Shown here piece by piece: positions 24,981 through 38,724 of a DNA stretch of 64,000 bases. Position 1 is the stretch's first letter. Every line of letters starts with the position of its first letter. The notes below the pieces were generated by a model. That model worked only from the letters and a program-made list of their open reading frames with translations, had not been told where the DNA came from and did no database searches. The position numbers and the translations under genes were made by a program. Source of the DNA: Camelus dromedarius (Eukaryota); assembly GCF_036321535.1 (NCBI RefSeq), contig NC_087437.1:83206001-83270000 (forward strand), given 5' to 3'.

Positions 24981-27549
24981 TTTTTTTATTGAAAAATAGC
25001 CATTTTACAATGTTGTGTCAATTTCTGGTGTACAGCACAATGCTTCAGTCATACATGAACATACATATATTCATTTTCATATTCTTTTTTCACCATAAGT
25101 TACTACAAGATATTGAATATAGTTCCCTGTGCTATGCAGTATAAATTTGTTGTTTATCTATTTTATATATAGTAGCTAGTATCTGCAAATCTTGAACTCC
25201 CAAGTTATCCCTTCCTCCTCCCTTCCCCCCGCCCAGTAACCATAAGTTTGTTTCCTATATCTGTAAGTCTGTTTCTGTTTTGTAAATAAGTTCATTTGTC
25301 TTTTTTTTTTAATTCCATGTATAAGTGATATCATATGGTATTTTTCTTTCTCTTTCTGAATTACTTCACTTAGAATGACATTCTCCAGGACCATCCTTGT
25401 TGCTGCAAATGACATTATTTTATTATTTTTTATGGCTGAGTAGTATTCCGTTATATAAATACAACACAACTTCTTTATCCGGTCATCTGTCAGTGGACAC
25501 TTAGGTTGTTTCCATGTCTTGGCTATTGTAAACAGTGCTGCTGTGAACATTGGGGTGCATGTATCTTTTTGAATTAAGGTTCCCTCTGGATATATGCCCA
25601 GGAGTGGGATTGCTGGATCATATGGTAAGTCTATTTATAGTCTTCTGAGGAATCTTTGTGCTGTTTTACACAACGGCACCAAACTACATTCCCACCAACA
25701 GTGTAGGAAGGTTCCCTTTTCTCCACACCCTTTCCAGCATTTATCATTTGTGGACTTTTGAATGATGGCCATTCTGACTGGTGTGAAGTGATACCTCATT
25801 GTAGTTTTGATTTGCATTTCTCTGATAATTAGCAATATTGAGCATTTTTTCATGTGCCTATTGGCCGTTTGTATGTCTTCATTGGAGAATTGCTTGTTTA
25901 GGTCTTCTGCACTTTTGGATTGGGCTTTTTGTTTTTTTCTTACTGAGTTGTATGAGCTGTTTATATATTCTGGAAATCAATCCCTTGTCAGTCTCATCTT
26001 GCAAATATATTCTCCCATTCCATATGTTGTCTTTTTGTTTTGCTTATGATTTCCTTTGGTGTGCAAAACTTATAAGTTTAATTAGGCCCCATTTGTTTAT
26101 TTTTGCTCTTATTTCTATTGTTTGGGTAGATTGCCCTAGGAGAACATTGCTGAGATTTCTGTCATACAATGTTTTGACTGTTTTCTTTAAAGGTTTATAT
26201 TGTTTTGTCTTATGTTTAAGTCTTTAAGCCATTTTGAGTTTATTTTTGTGTATGGTGTGAGGGAGTGTTCTAACTTCATTGATTTACGTGTAGCTGTCCA
26301 GTTTTCCTAGCACCATTTGCTGAGGAGACTGTCTTTACTCCATTGTATGTTCTTGCCTTCTTTGTCAAAGATTAATTGACCAAAGATTTGTGGGTTTATT
26401 TCTGGGCTTTCTATTCTGTTCATTGATCCATATGTCTGTTTTTGTACCGTTACCATGCTGTTTTGATTACTGTAGCTCTGTAGTATTGTCTGAGTCTCAG
26501 AGGGTTATTCCTCCAGCTTCATTCTTTTTCTTCCCAATATTGCTTTGGCAATTCTGGGTCTTTTGTGATTCCATATACATTTTAGGATTATTTGTTCTAG
26601 TTCTGTGAAAAATGTCCTGGGTAATTTGATAGAAATTGCATTAAATCTGTAGATTGCTTTGGGTAGTATGAATGTTTTAACAATATTAATTCTTCCAGTC
26701 CAAGAAAGTGGGATATCTTTCCATTTCTTTAAGTCATCTTTAATTTCCTTAGTGTTTTGTAGTTCTCCATATATAAGTCTTTCACTTCCTTGATCAGATT
26801 TATTCCTAAGTATTTTAATTTTTGTACGTAATTTTAAAAGGGATTTCTTTACTTTCCTTTTCTTATATTTCATTGTTAGTGTGAAGAAATGCAGCTGATT
26901 TCTGTGTGTTAATCTTGTATCCTGCTACCTTGCTGAATTCTTTTTTTTTTTTAGCTCTAGTAGTTTTTGTGTAGAGCCTGTAGGGTTTTCTATGTATAGT
27001 GTCATGTCTTCTGCATATAATGACAGTTTTACCTTTTCTCTTCCAGTTTGGATCCTTTTTATTTCTTTTTGTTGTCTAATTGCTATGGCTAGGACTTCCA
27101 ATACTATGTTGAATAGAAGTGGTAAGAGTGGACATCCTTGTCATGTTCCAGATTTTAGGGGGAAGACTTTCAGCTTTTCACCATTGAGTATTATGCTGAC
27201 TGTAGGTTTGTCATAAATATCTTTTATTATGTTGAGATATGTTCCCTCTATACCCACTTTGGTAAGTGTTTTTGTCATAAATGGGTGTTGAACTTAATTA
27301 AATGCTTTTTCTGCATCTATTGAGATGATCATGTAATTTTTATTCTTTCTCTTGTTGATGTGGTATATCATGTTGATTTGCATATGTGGAACCATCCTTT
27401 TGTCCCTGGGATGAACCCAACTTGATCATGATGTATGATGTTCTTTGTGTGCTATTGGATTCTGTGGGTTTGTAGGCATAATTCTTGGTGTATTTGTGGG
27501 AGAGGGTGAGCTTTGAGTCTCTCTACTCCACCATCTTGGCTCCTCTCCC
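24981..27549 (-). mobile_element. Younger L1: 88-nt 5' end fused to ORF2 RT, C-terminus, 3' UTR and poly(A)
   Basis: ORF pieces [68 protein letters not shown]. 5' end GGGAGAGGAGCCAAGATGG at 27549. Confidence 0.92.
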
Positions 27550-27874
27550 TACTTTTATTATCATTTAATTTCGATTTTCTTCTAGATTCCCTTGTGAATT
27601 CTTTGATGCATGGATTATATAGAAGTACCTTTTTCAATTTACAAATATTTGCAATTTCTCTAGATACCTTATTACTGTTTTCTAGTTTAATTCCATTATG
27701 GATAAAGAACATACCCTGTATAATTTTATTTCTCTTAAATTTGTGGAGACATGTGAATCCAGCATGTGATTATCTTGAAAGGAATCTATTTCCTGATGAT
27801 ATTGGTTGTCTTGTTCTGCAAATTGTTAATTATGTTAAGAAAGTTGATAGTGTTCTTCAGGTCTTGTTTCTTCT

Positions 27875-27991
27875 TTTTTAAAAAAAATTATTTATTTAAT
27901 TATGCTTTTAATGGAGGTGTGGGGGATTGAACCCAGGACCTTATGCATGCTAAGCATATGCTCTACCACTTAAGCTACACCCTCCCCACCC
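27875..27991 (-). mobile_element. tRNA-Ala-derived camelid SINE (Vic-1 type)
   Basis: Same head as 3519-3648 with an A-rich tail. TSD cag(g/a)tcttgtttcttct at 27858-27874 and 27992-28008. Confidence 0.9.
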
Positions 27992-30496
27992 CAGATCTTG
28001 TTTCTTCTAACTATAATTTTGTTTATCACTTAGTTGAGTTGTTTTATTACTTGTTGAGAGAGAAATGTTAAAATCTTCAATAAAGATAATAGGTTTATCT
28101 AGTTCTCTCTTTGATTCCATCAGTTTCCTCCATTATTCTTTATTATTAGGGTCATACACATTGAGGGCTATTATGTCTTTTTGAGAAATTGATCCATTTA
28201 TTAGTGTAAATGTTTTTTTTTTAATTTCTGGTAATATACTTTGTCTTTTTATGTGTTCTTCTGAGAGTTGCCACCAGTTATAATAACACTAACTTTTTAG
28301 TAAATAACAGTTAAAAATGTTAGTCTCTATATCATGTAGAAAACAGAAGGTAGAGTTATGCATCATTGTTACAATAATAATAACTTTTATAATTGTCTAT
28401 ACATTTATCTTTACTGAGATCTGTATTTCTTCCAACAGTTTTGAGTTCCCATTTACTGTTCTTTTACTCTACCTGCAGTACTGACTCCCTTTAGCCTTTC
28501 TTGTGTCATGGGTCTAGTGGTAATGAATTCCCTAAGTTTTTGTTTATCTAGGAATGTCTTAATTTCTCCCTCATTTTTGAAGACATTTGGTCAGATGTAA
28601 AATTATTCGTTGACAGTTTTCTTCATTTTTGCACTTTGACTACATTGGCCCATTGCCTCCTGGCCTCCAAAGTTCCTAATGAAAAATATTCTGATAATCT
28701 TACTGGGGACCCCTTTTATGTTATGAGTCACTTTTCTTTTGCTGCTTTCAAAATTCTCTCTTTGTCTTCAGCTGTTGGAAGTTTGATTTTGTGTCTTAAC
28801 TTAAACTCTTTGAGCGAATCTTACTTGGAGTTTGTTGAGCTTCTTGGATGCTTATATTCATGTCTTTCATCAATTATCAGAAGTTTTGAGTCAGTTTTTT
28901 TTTTTTTCTTCACATATTCTCTCTGCCCCTTTCTCTTTCTCTTCTACGATTATATATTGGTCTTATTGATGGTTTATCATTGATTTCTTAGCCTCTCTTC
29001 ACATTTCTTCAATCTTTTTCTTTCTGTTCTTCAGACTTGATAATTACTGTTGTCCCATTTTCAAGTTCACTGATTATTTCTTCTAACTATTCAAATCTGT
29101 CTTTGAATCCCTCTAGTGAATTTTTATTTTAGTTACTGTGTTTTTCAGCTCCATAATTTTAAAATTTCTGTTTAGGTTTCTTTTTATTAATATTTCCACT
29201 TTATAGATCATTTTCTTGACTTTTTCCACATCTTCCTATAGTTCTTTAAGTATCTTTAAGACAATCATTTTAAAGTCTTTAGCTGGTAGATCAGACATCA
29301 GATCTTTTTCAGAGACAATTTCTGTTGATTTTTTTTTCTTTGAATGGGTCATAGTTTCCTGTTTCCTTGTATGTTTCATATTTTTTTGTTAAAAATTGAG
29401 CATTTGGACCTAATAATGTGTTAACTCTGGAAATTAAATTCTCACCTTCTCCAGGGTTTGCTCTTTTCAGTTTTGGGTTTTGTTTTGTTTCTTGTTTTTT
29501 CATTGTTATAGGCTGTCTCTTTACTGAGGATCAGTCTGAAGTATGAATTTAAGGTCTTTTCAGGTTTCTTTCTGAGCCTGCACCTTTCCCTGGGCATGCA
29601 TAGTAACTTTCTAATTTTTCCCATACATGTGGTTGCTTTTGGATATACTAGTCTTTGGATCCAAAAGGGGAAAAATAGAAAAATTAAGGGAAGGGAAAGG
29701 GTGCCAGCCTTTTAAATTCCCTGGCTGTCACTTCAGTCAAATGGGGATGGGCTTATAACAATGATTAGAGATGAACAAAAATGACCATTTCTTCTTTGTC
29801 TCTATCTCTGTGATCAGAATTCATGATCAGCAATCACTGCACAAATCCCCAATATTTGGATAACAGGATCCATTTTGCCTGCCCTTGCTCCTTCATGTTT
29901 GCCAGCTGCTCCAGGAACACACACACAGCTACCTGCCATGGAGTGGGGGATAGGTGACTGAGCTAAGAGCTGAAACTGACCAAAATTAACCACAATTTAC
30001 TGTCCAAACCTTCCTTGGAAGTTACAAGCCTTTAATGGATTTAATAGTTCCATAGTATTTTTATTAGATTCTGCCAGTGCAATTTTTGTTTAGGTAGGGA
30101 GAAAGATTTCTGGTGCTCCTACCATCTTTCCAGAATCCTCTCTTGCTTTTTGATAATCTGTTGAAAGAATCTCTGTCATTTTATGTGAGTACTTGGTGTC
30201 CACTTATCTTTAATTAGTTATTAATAGGATTGGACTTATGTCTTATATTTTACTATTTGTCTTATGTTTGTAATGTCTGTTTTTTCTATACCTCTCTGCT
30301 TGTTTATGTGTGTGTGTGTATATGTGTATGACTGCTCTTAGGATTACAGTATACATTCTTAGCTCTTTTAAAAATTTGCTTAAAGTTAATATACCATTTC
30401 AGACAAAACTGAGCAGTATATAGTCATATAGAACTATTTATACACTGCCTTGCCTGTAAGGAGGCATAGTAGCCATGTATATTAAATCTGTATATT

Positions 30497-30692
30497 CAAA
30501 ATTGTAGAATAGATAAACAAGATTATACTGTATAGCACAGGGAAATTTACACAAGATCTTATGGTAGCGCACAGAGAAAAAAATGACAATGAATATATAT
30601 ATGTTCATGTATAACTGAAAAATTGTGCTCTACAATGGAATATGGCACAACATTGTAAAATGATTATAAATCAATAAAAAATGGTTTTAAAG
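30497..30692 (+). mobile_element. Young L1 3'-end fragment (~196 nt) with TSD
   Basis: TSD aa(a/g)tctgtatatt at 30484-30496 and 30693-30705. AATAAA near the end. Confidence 0.88.
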
Positions 30693-33600
30693 AAGTCTGT
30701 ATATTTTATAGCCCCAGTATGAATTGTAATTTTTGCTGTAGACATCCATATGTATTTTAAAGAAAATAATGGAAAAATACTCTTTCTTACTTATCTACAG
30801 AATTATCTTCAGAGTTTTTAATTTCTTCCTGAAGTTCCAAGTTTCCACTGGAACTCATTTTCCTTTATTTTTAAGAGTTGCTTTTTCCATAGTGATACTA
30901 ATAGTAGATTCCCTTAGTCTTTCTTGTCTAAAAATATCTTTACTGTGCTTTTATTCTTGAAATATATTTTCATCAGATATAGAGTGCTCAGTTGACATAT
31001 TTTTTATTTTCTTTTATCACTTTAAAGATGTTGTTCTACTGTCTTTTGGGCTCTATTGTTTGTGATGAGATGTGAATGATCATTTGTTTGTCTTTGTTGT
31101 TGTATTGTTTTGAAGAGGTCATTTGTTTCTTAGCTCCTTTATAGGTGATATACAACTCAGTTTATTGTGTCTTCTAGAATCAGCACATTTTCACTTTCCA
31201 GTTACATAATTTATTTGTAAGTTTTCTAAGCAGCTTATATAAGATGCCTAGTAGTGTAATAAATCTTACCTAAGTGTTTTTATATTTAAATTAAAACTAG
31301 TACAACAGAATCAGAGTAACAAACTCAGGAGAAATAATGTGAGCTAGCAATGTCTTTGAGGTGAAAAAATTTATTTATTGGCTTTTCCTTATGTGTATGA
31401 TTGAAATGAAATAAGTTTCTATTAAATATGCCTTTATTATCATGAAATTTACTGGGGTATATAATTAAACATACAGAAGAAATTTTTCTTTGATTATTTT
31501 GATATATATTATTGTGAAATATTCTTTTGCACAAAAAATAAAATGCAGAATTTACCCAAGTTTAGTATCTCACTAGGAGGTTCATGCTTATCAAAACAAG
31601 TTTCATCTTCTACCATCTGGCTGGGCCAAACTCAGAATGAGTTAAGAGAGGAATCAGGGACTCAAGAGGCCATAACATACCTCACTCTGTAGGGTTGTGA
31701 AAGTTGTGGATTTAAAATTTTTTGCTGAAGAACGACTAGAGATAAAATGTAAAAATGCAAAGTATTTTTTTGTTTAAAAAGCAAATTCTCTTACTTTGTT
31801 TAACCCTCACAACAGCTCTTAAAGGATACTGCTACTTTCCCCATTTAGCAGATGGGATAAATTCACATTTAGACTTTCTCTAAATCATATAGTGTATTGT
31901 AACTAGGTATTCAGACTGTAAATATAGTTATCTTCCTATCATCTTATAAACTTTTAAAAATACAGGATAAGAATCAATTTTAAGTTATTGTAATTTGTTG
32001 ATTGACTGACTCCTTTCTGGAACTTGTGGTATTTGCCTGATGGTGTTAGTCTCAGTTCAGTGGGGGTTCCTGAAGCCTGCCTGCTTCCAACAGTATAAAT
32101 TATAGCCTAATCTAGTTCTCATGAATCATCTTCATATTCATTCTTGCTCTAATTTGTGCTTGAAAAATAAGAAGCTTGTTTCTACTGCAAGTTTTCTTCA
32201 CTATGTTATGCTTGGTACTTTTTCAGGTATCTCTATATTTTGTTGAACCAAGGAGTTATTTGTATAGCTAAATTTGTAGTTTTATTTATCTATATTTATG
32301 ATTAATCTTTTGCCAATTATATGTATATGTTATATATACGCATATGTACACATACACACATATATATTTATATTTATGAATAGTCTAACAGGAACTCATT
32401 TAGATATTAAACTAGTTTTATAATATGAGACCCTTGTGAAGATTCTAATATTGTAAAGCTATAGAAATGCATTCAAAGAGATGCTGTCATATTTTGACGC
32501 AGGAGACAGAAACTGCTATTCAAATGTCAGGAAAAATACAAGAAATTAGTTGCTTTTAAAAAAAATCATTGGGCTTTATTTTCAGTCACAGCTCTATTGC
32601 TCCATATAAAGATCAGAAAGCTGCTGCTACCACAGCTACCACTGCTATTGCAACCCGAGCTTCCCCCTCTCATAACGCTGATTACTAAACAATAGGATGC
32701 GAAGGTATCTGCTGCCCTACTCATGTCATCTTGAGCCTGCATATTCACTTGCACTGGAAGAGAAAATGCCACTGCTTCATTTTGCTTTCCAAATATTACA
32801 TGAATTTGTCAAATTGAAAGACTCTAATACGTATATAAAACACTAGTTATCAGTGAATCTATATAAAGAAATTTGTTAGAAAATTGTTTTGTAACAGATC
32901 ACTATAAGGAAAAAAAGGAAGGAAAGGAAGGAAGGGAAGAGAAAGGAAGGGTAAGGAAACTACAGCAGAACTTTCCTCCTTCGTTTTAAAGCATTGGTCT
33001 CTAGTACAATGGGACGTATAAATCCTTTAGGTATAAATCATTTGACTTTTGTCAGTAAATCTTCATTGAGGATAATTAGTTTGAGATTCTTTCTTGAGAA
33101 AGAATTGACATGACACATTTAAAATGTACTTGCATGCTTTAAAATATCTCTCCAATTTAATTTATTCCAGAAAGAGAGTGGACTACAATAGAATATTTCA
33201 AAACAGAGAAAGCATACATAAGTGATATATCCAACTCAATAACTTGTTATATCTTGATAGATGTTTCTTGTGTACTTTAAAATACTATGTTTTCTGCTGT
33301 TGTGTGTAGAGTGTCAATGATGTCAATAATATCAATATATCAGTTTGATTTCTTTCAATAGAGCTATTTCAGGGTCTTTTCTAGTATTTCATGATACATT
33401 TTCCCCATCCTTTTACTTTTAACTTATTTGGGTCTTTATATTTAAAATGGGTTCTTTATAAGCACTGTATAGTTGGGTCTTGCTTTTTGCTCCAAACTTA
33501 CAATCTCACAAATTTTGAAGTCTTTTTAATACTCACTATATATTTTGGGAATTTCTCTCTTTTTTAGAAAAATTTAGGGGATATTATGATAAGATTATTA

Positions 33601-34081
33601 ATTATTGTTGTTAAGTCTCACCTAGAGAGTACCTACTTGGAAGGGACAAATATCACATTATTTTGGCAAGTCAAACATGTTGTGTATAAAAATTTTTAAA
33701 GAGTAATGAATGATGCAGAATTTGATCCAGCTTAATAATTACTCTTTTTCTAATGGACAGATTTTCTTCCCATTAATGTTATTGAAATGAGGCAATGAAG
33801 TTTGATAGGCTATCATCATTGTCAATCATGGTTTCCAATAAAAAGATATTAAAAAGTTCACATTTCTTCATTCTTTGAAACAGGTGCTGACATCTAATAT
33901 CAGCATCTATTATCTACCTGCTCAAAACAAGGAATAAAGTAGAATACAGAGGGTAGAAACTTTTAGTATATTTGCATAGCACTATCTAAGCAGGGAATAG
34001 AGGATATGTAAAAACTCCTTTGTTCTCTAAATTTTTTGATACTGTAACAATTTTGCTTTACTGATTATTTTAAAACAGTGA

Positions 34082-34472
34082 TTTCCTAGTCTGTTCAGCT
34101 CCTATAACAAAATATCATACAGTGGGTGGCTTAAACAACAGACATTGATTTTTTACAGTTCTGCAAGATGAGAAGTTCAAGATTGAGGTGCCAGCAGTAC
34201 AGAACATGGAAAGACCCCACTTCTTGACTTACAGACAGCTGCGTTCTCTCTGAGTTCACATAGTGTTTCTTTGGTGAGTACTCACATAGACACACACAGA
34301 GAGAGTTCTCCTTTCTCTCTTCTTATAAGGGCACTAATCTCACTGGGAAGGCCTCACCCTCATGATGACATAATCTAGCCCTAATTGCCTCCTGAAGTTG
34401 TCAATCCAAATACCACCACATTAGAAGTTAGGGGTTCAACATTTGAATTAGAAGGGGTCTCAAAATTTAGTC
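34082..34472 (-). mobile_element. MLT1A-like MaLR solo LTR (shared by both OR5H units)
   Basis: ctataacaaaatatcatacagtgggtggcttaaacaacag...tcttataagggcactaatc...ccctaattgcctcc. Paralogue at 48355-48730. Confidence 0.85.
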
Positions 34473-34475
34473 CAA

Positions 34476-34612
34476 AATGGTGGTTCAATAAATATGATCC
34501 CAAACCAACAGCATTAACATTGCTGAATCAAAAACATTGATGGTACCTATCAATCTGTGTTTTATCAAGATTTCTATGTAATTATAAGCCCACTAAGGTT
34601 TGAGAACCTCTT
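34476..34612 (+). mobile_element. MER5A-like DNA transposon remnant
   Basis: ctgaatca...caatctgtgtttt..caag...gcccactaaggtttgagaacc. Paralogue at 48733-48870. Confidence 0.7.
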
Positions 34613-36701
34613 TCTAAAAAGAGCTAAAAAAAATCTGAGAACTGAGAGTTTTTGACACATACCCAATGTACTCTCAATACAGTTCTACCATAGTCAGTCA
34701 AAAAAACAGACTTTAGAACTACTAGTCTAGTTTAATCGGTATCTCTTTGTTTTTCCCTAAATCCAAATTCTTTTGTTTTTTTTGAACAAAATATTGAATA
34801 ATTTTGTCAGATAATTTCTGACCAGTAGAAGGTATTATAAAATAGTGAGAAAAAATATGTATACACATGTTTATAAAGATAGAATTATGGATATTTTAAA
34901 TCTCCCAGTTAAGAAATTCAATATACTTTTATAATAAAGTGTATTTTGTGTATATTATTAGTATTTCCATGGGATGGTTTAATCAAACATCACCAGTGTT
35001 CCACACAACTGAGTAGACTTAGCAACATGATATCCTTTACATTTAAATAACTACTAAATAATATCATGTTTTGTTCAAAATGTGACTTTTACACAGGTGT
35101 ATATATTATCTCTTTCCCAATATGCCATTGAAGTGACAAAAATGAAGTACAAAAAAGAGAAAAATATCTATAACAGAAGTGAGAATGAGATCACATCAGT
35201 GGACTAGGGATTTTGGTGAATTTCTGGAAGGCATAAAGTAGCTGACATTACACTAAGGATAAACCATAGAAGAGGAATCTATAGACCAGAATACATAAGA
35301 GAAGGCTACACGGGAATTCTGATTTCTGAGAGACCTCCAGCTGTCTGTTCCATAGTCACCTAGCCTAAATTAAGACTTGACAGGTAACAAATTGTCATAT
35401 ATTTATAGCTTGATGTCAACTTTCTGATTTAAGGAAAGGATCAATTAGGTAAGCAGACCATTACAATGCAGAAGATACTAGCTGTTTATGTTATTGATCT
35501 AGTTTTGGGGTCATAGTAATGAATGAACAAGTCAAAATCAAGTCAATCGATAGGGAATCATTAATATACTTAGAATGTTACACAGCAACAAAAATTTTTT
35601 AAATAGAGACTTGCAATAACAGTAATTTTCTGGGACAAAACATAAAAGCAGCTGGATTGTGCTCCATCATTCCCTTTCCAAGGGCTTTGGAGTATCCCTT
35701 AGGGCAACAAAAAGAGGGCAGATGACCTAATCTCATCTTGTGAAGTAGACTTTCAGATGATAAAATAATTTTATTTATTGAATGCTTATCTACTTTAAAT
35801 AAGACAAGTATTTAAATAAAACATCTAATTGAATAGCTTCTCCCTGATATTTGGTCATAGTCTGTTCCAGTTGCTAATCCTAGTGATAAGAATAAGAATA
35901 ATTTACTTGAGGTGTATGATACTTTAGATTATTCTTAAATATCATCTCCTAGCTTTCTGAATTAGTGAAGCTTTTCAAGTTACCCTACAACATACGAACA
36001 TAGCTGAAATGTGCCTTTCAAGGCAACGTATGCAAGAGATAACTCTCCTTCTGGTTACTCAGTAGACATACACTAGGCTAAGGGCATTCTTTTACAGTTT
36101 GGCTCCACCTTTACTGTCTTAAATCCATTCTCATTTTTTCCTCATTGCTTTGGCAATTTCTGGTTATTTCTCTATGTGTTATGAGTATTGAACCCCTACA
36201 AGAAGTATAATTCATCATGTACCAAATGGAGTGGAATATAGAACCTTTTGATCCCTAGCAGAATTCCTGGATTTGCTTCTGTTCACTCAAACACAAACCT
36301 GCCTCCACTGTAGATTTAAATGTGATATGAATCTCCAGGCTACACAGCTGCATTACTGTCAAAGACAACATAATCGAGTCTTGTTAGAGGAACTGCACTG
36401 TTTCAGTACTTAATGATTTTATAAAGCTACATTGAAGAACATACAAGCATTTTAAATGTTTTTACTGTCTTCTGCTTTAATTGTTCTAACATAATATAAA
36501 CACTTATTTAAAATTTTTTGTATATTTTAAACAATATATACAAATATTTTAAGGAGTATATTAGTGCTACACTTTAAATCATTAAAACACTAGAGTAATT
36601 GTAACTGCAAAAAACTTGGAACACTACCAAAACAGAGCCCATGTGCAATCTTTACAATTATGACAATTTTAATAAAAAGACAACAGACAACAGTATGAGA
36701 T

Positions 36702-37631
36702 CTAAACATTTCTCTTTAACACTTTTGTCAGTGAATCTTTGACTGTCTTATTTCTCAGGCTGTAGATAATTGGATTTAAGAAAGGAATTACAACAGTGTA
36801 AAATAGGGAGTCCACCATATCTTGATCATCTTCTTGTGCAGATCCAGGGCGCACATACATGAAGAGAAGAGGCCCATAGTATAAAGAGACAGATAGGAGG
36901 TGGGCTCCACAGGTGGAGAAGGTTTTCTTTATGCCTTGTACAGACTTCTTTTTTAAGATTGTAAAGAGAACAAGTGTATAAGAGACAAAAACAGTAAGAA
37001 CGGTGAACACTTGTATTGACCCAGAGAAGATAAAAACCATCAGAACATTGAGTGAAGGGTCAGTACAAGAAATCTTAAACAATGGCATGATGTCACAGTA
37101 AAAGTGATGTATTATGTTAGACTTACAAAAGGTTAATCTGAATAAAAAACCTATATGAATTATGGAATGAATAAAGCCACCTACAAATGCTAAAACTAAT
37201 AGTCGAATGCATAGTCTATTGGTCATAATCACTGGATAAAGTAATGGTTTGCATATGGCAGCATAGCGATCATATGCCATTGTTGCCAAGAGAAAACATT
37301 CTGTGGTTGCACTGAATGCAAAGGAAAATAATTGTGTTATGCATTCAGAGAGAGATATCATCTTACTTTTGGCTAGGAAATTGACCAGCATCTTGGGGGT
37401 CACTGTGGAGGATATGCAAGCATCCACAAAGGCCAAACTACCAAGGAATAAGTACATGGGAATGTGAAGTTGAGGGTCATTGCAGATGAGAGCAATTAGC
37501 CCAAGGTTTCCCATGATGGTGATGAGGTATATCATCAAGAACATCAGGAACAGGTGAATATGCCACTCTGGTTGATATGTAAGGCCTGTGAGAACAAACT
37601 TTGTCAGTGATGTTGCATTTTTAATATCCAT
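36702..37631 (-). CDS. Olfactory receptor, family 5 subfamily H (OR5H2-like, copy 1), intact 309 aa
   Basis: NAT glycosylation site, [44 protein letters not shown]-terminal KRNV. It resembles recalled human OR5H2. The ATG at 37631 lies 18 nt after the acceptor ttcatttcag. Confidence 0.95.
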   Translation of the reverse strand: MDIKNATSLTKFVLTGLTYQPEWHIHLFLMFLMIYLITIMGNLGLIALICNDPQLHIPMYLFLGSLAFVDACISSTVTPKMLVNFLAKSKMISLSECITQLFSFAFSATTECFLLATMAYDRYAAICKPLLYPVIMTNRLCIRLLVLAFVGGFIHSIIHIGFLFRLTFCKSNIIHHFYCDIMPLFKISCTDPSLNVLMVFIFSGSIQVFTVLTVFVSYTLVLFTILKKKSVQGIKKTFSTCGAHLLSVSLYYGPLLFMYVRPGSAQEDDQDMVDSLFYTVVIPFLNPIIYSLRNKTVKDSLTKVLKRNV

Positions 37632-37649
37632 GTTGTTACTGGATGGCTC

Positions 37650-37670
37650 CTGAAATGAAATGCAGTAAAT
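37650..37670 (-). promoter_or_regulatory. Splice acceptor of the OR5H copy 1 coding exon
   Basis: atttactgcatttcatttcag|gagccatccagtaacaacATG. The same motif and 18-nt spacing occur in copy 2. Confidence 0.75.
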
Positions 37671-38724
37671 GTAAAAAGAACATTCACTAAAAGTATATAA
37701 AAAGAATATTGGAATAAGTAGTTGAAATAAAACCATGTGCTTATCAGAATGCCTTTAATTTAATTTACTACTACCATTATAATGGAAACTAATTTTGGGA
37801 ATATAATGGAAAATGCAAATATTTCAGTTCAAAAAATGTGCAGGAATTAGAAGTTTTAGACAAAAGGAAAGACATTCTAAGCATGAGCTAAAGTTATGGG
37901 GATACTTTAGCATATTTGGGACATTCTGTGTCTGGGACATGGATGAGAGTCTAGGGAAAAGAAGTTTGAATTATTATAAAAAGAACTGGATGCCACTTGA
38001 AGGATCTTGAATTTTGTTCCTTAGGAATGCACTGCAAACTTTTAGGTCTAGAAGTGGCATTGTAAGATATTTTTTAAATTAAATATTGGGTGATGGAGAA
38101 AATACTTTGTAGGGAGGGGAAACCAGAGTTAGGAATAATGTATTAGGAAGCTGATACTCTTGTCCAGTGTTTCGCAAACCAGAATACACATCAGAATTGT
38201 CTGGGGAACTTTTTGTACAAAATATAGATAGTGAGGTATTACTGTACATACTGATTCTATGGGAGCAAGACTGAAGTTTAATGATCTATATTTCAAAAAT
38301 ACTCTCCAGTTGATTCAAATGCATGTGAGGTTTTTAGTCAATGTATAATATGTTATTGGAAGTGATGAGGAGGACAAAGAAATCAAGATAAATGAGAATG
38401 TAAAATCAGTAGGACTCTGTGACAGATTTGAAGGGAGTGGACAGTGAAGAAGAGCGGAGACATTTGATGATTAGATGGTTCTCCTCTGAACATCCAAGTG
38501 AGATAGCTTACTAACAATGAGTTTGTTAGAGGTTAATGGAAACAATGACTTGGGAGTATTTGGGTAGGTAAAGGCATACTTATGGATGACCTAACCATTG
38601 GGAAGTGTGCATAAGGTAAAAAGAAAAAGGGCATGGAAAGAAACTTGAGGAAGTTATATTACAGAAGTTTTGAAGTGGATACATGTCATTTTTAGATAGA
38701 TAAAAAGTGATCCTCTTTTCTACC

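Larger units (their letters stand above)
27550..31120 (-). mobile_element. Old antisense L1 fragments (ORF2 5' part, ORF1, 5' region), interrupted by a SINE and an L1 tail
   Basis: T-rich with recalled L1M ORF1 antisense motifs (cattgcctcctggcctcc, tcttttgctgctttcaaaattctctctttgtct, gagtttgttgagcttcttggatg). Confidence 0.75.

Noticed and set aside
32566..32772. Ser/Gly-rich minus-strand ORF
   Set aside because: Short, driven by low-complexity (CTG/CTA) sequence and probably an old repeat remnant. No recognisable protein features.
33760..33890. Block conserved between both OR5H 3' flanks as an OR enhancer (H/P-element or Greek-island type)
   Set aside because: It has TAAT-like sites but no convincing adjacent O/E motif, and the similarity is explained by the duplication.
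37632..37736. 35-aa signal-peptide-like N-terminal extension on OR5H copy 1
   Set aside because: It crosses a conserved splice acceptor and T-rich intron sequence, and the upstream ATG is absent at the aligned position in copy 2.
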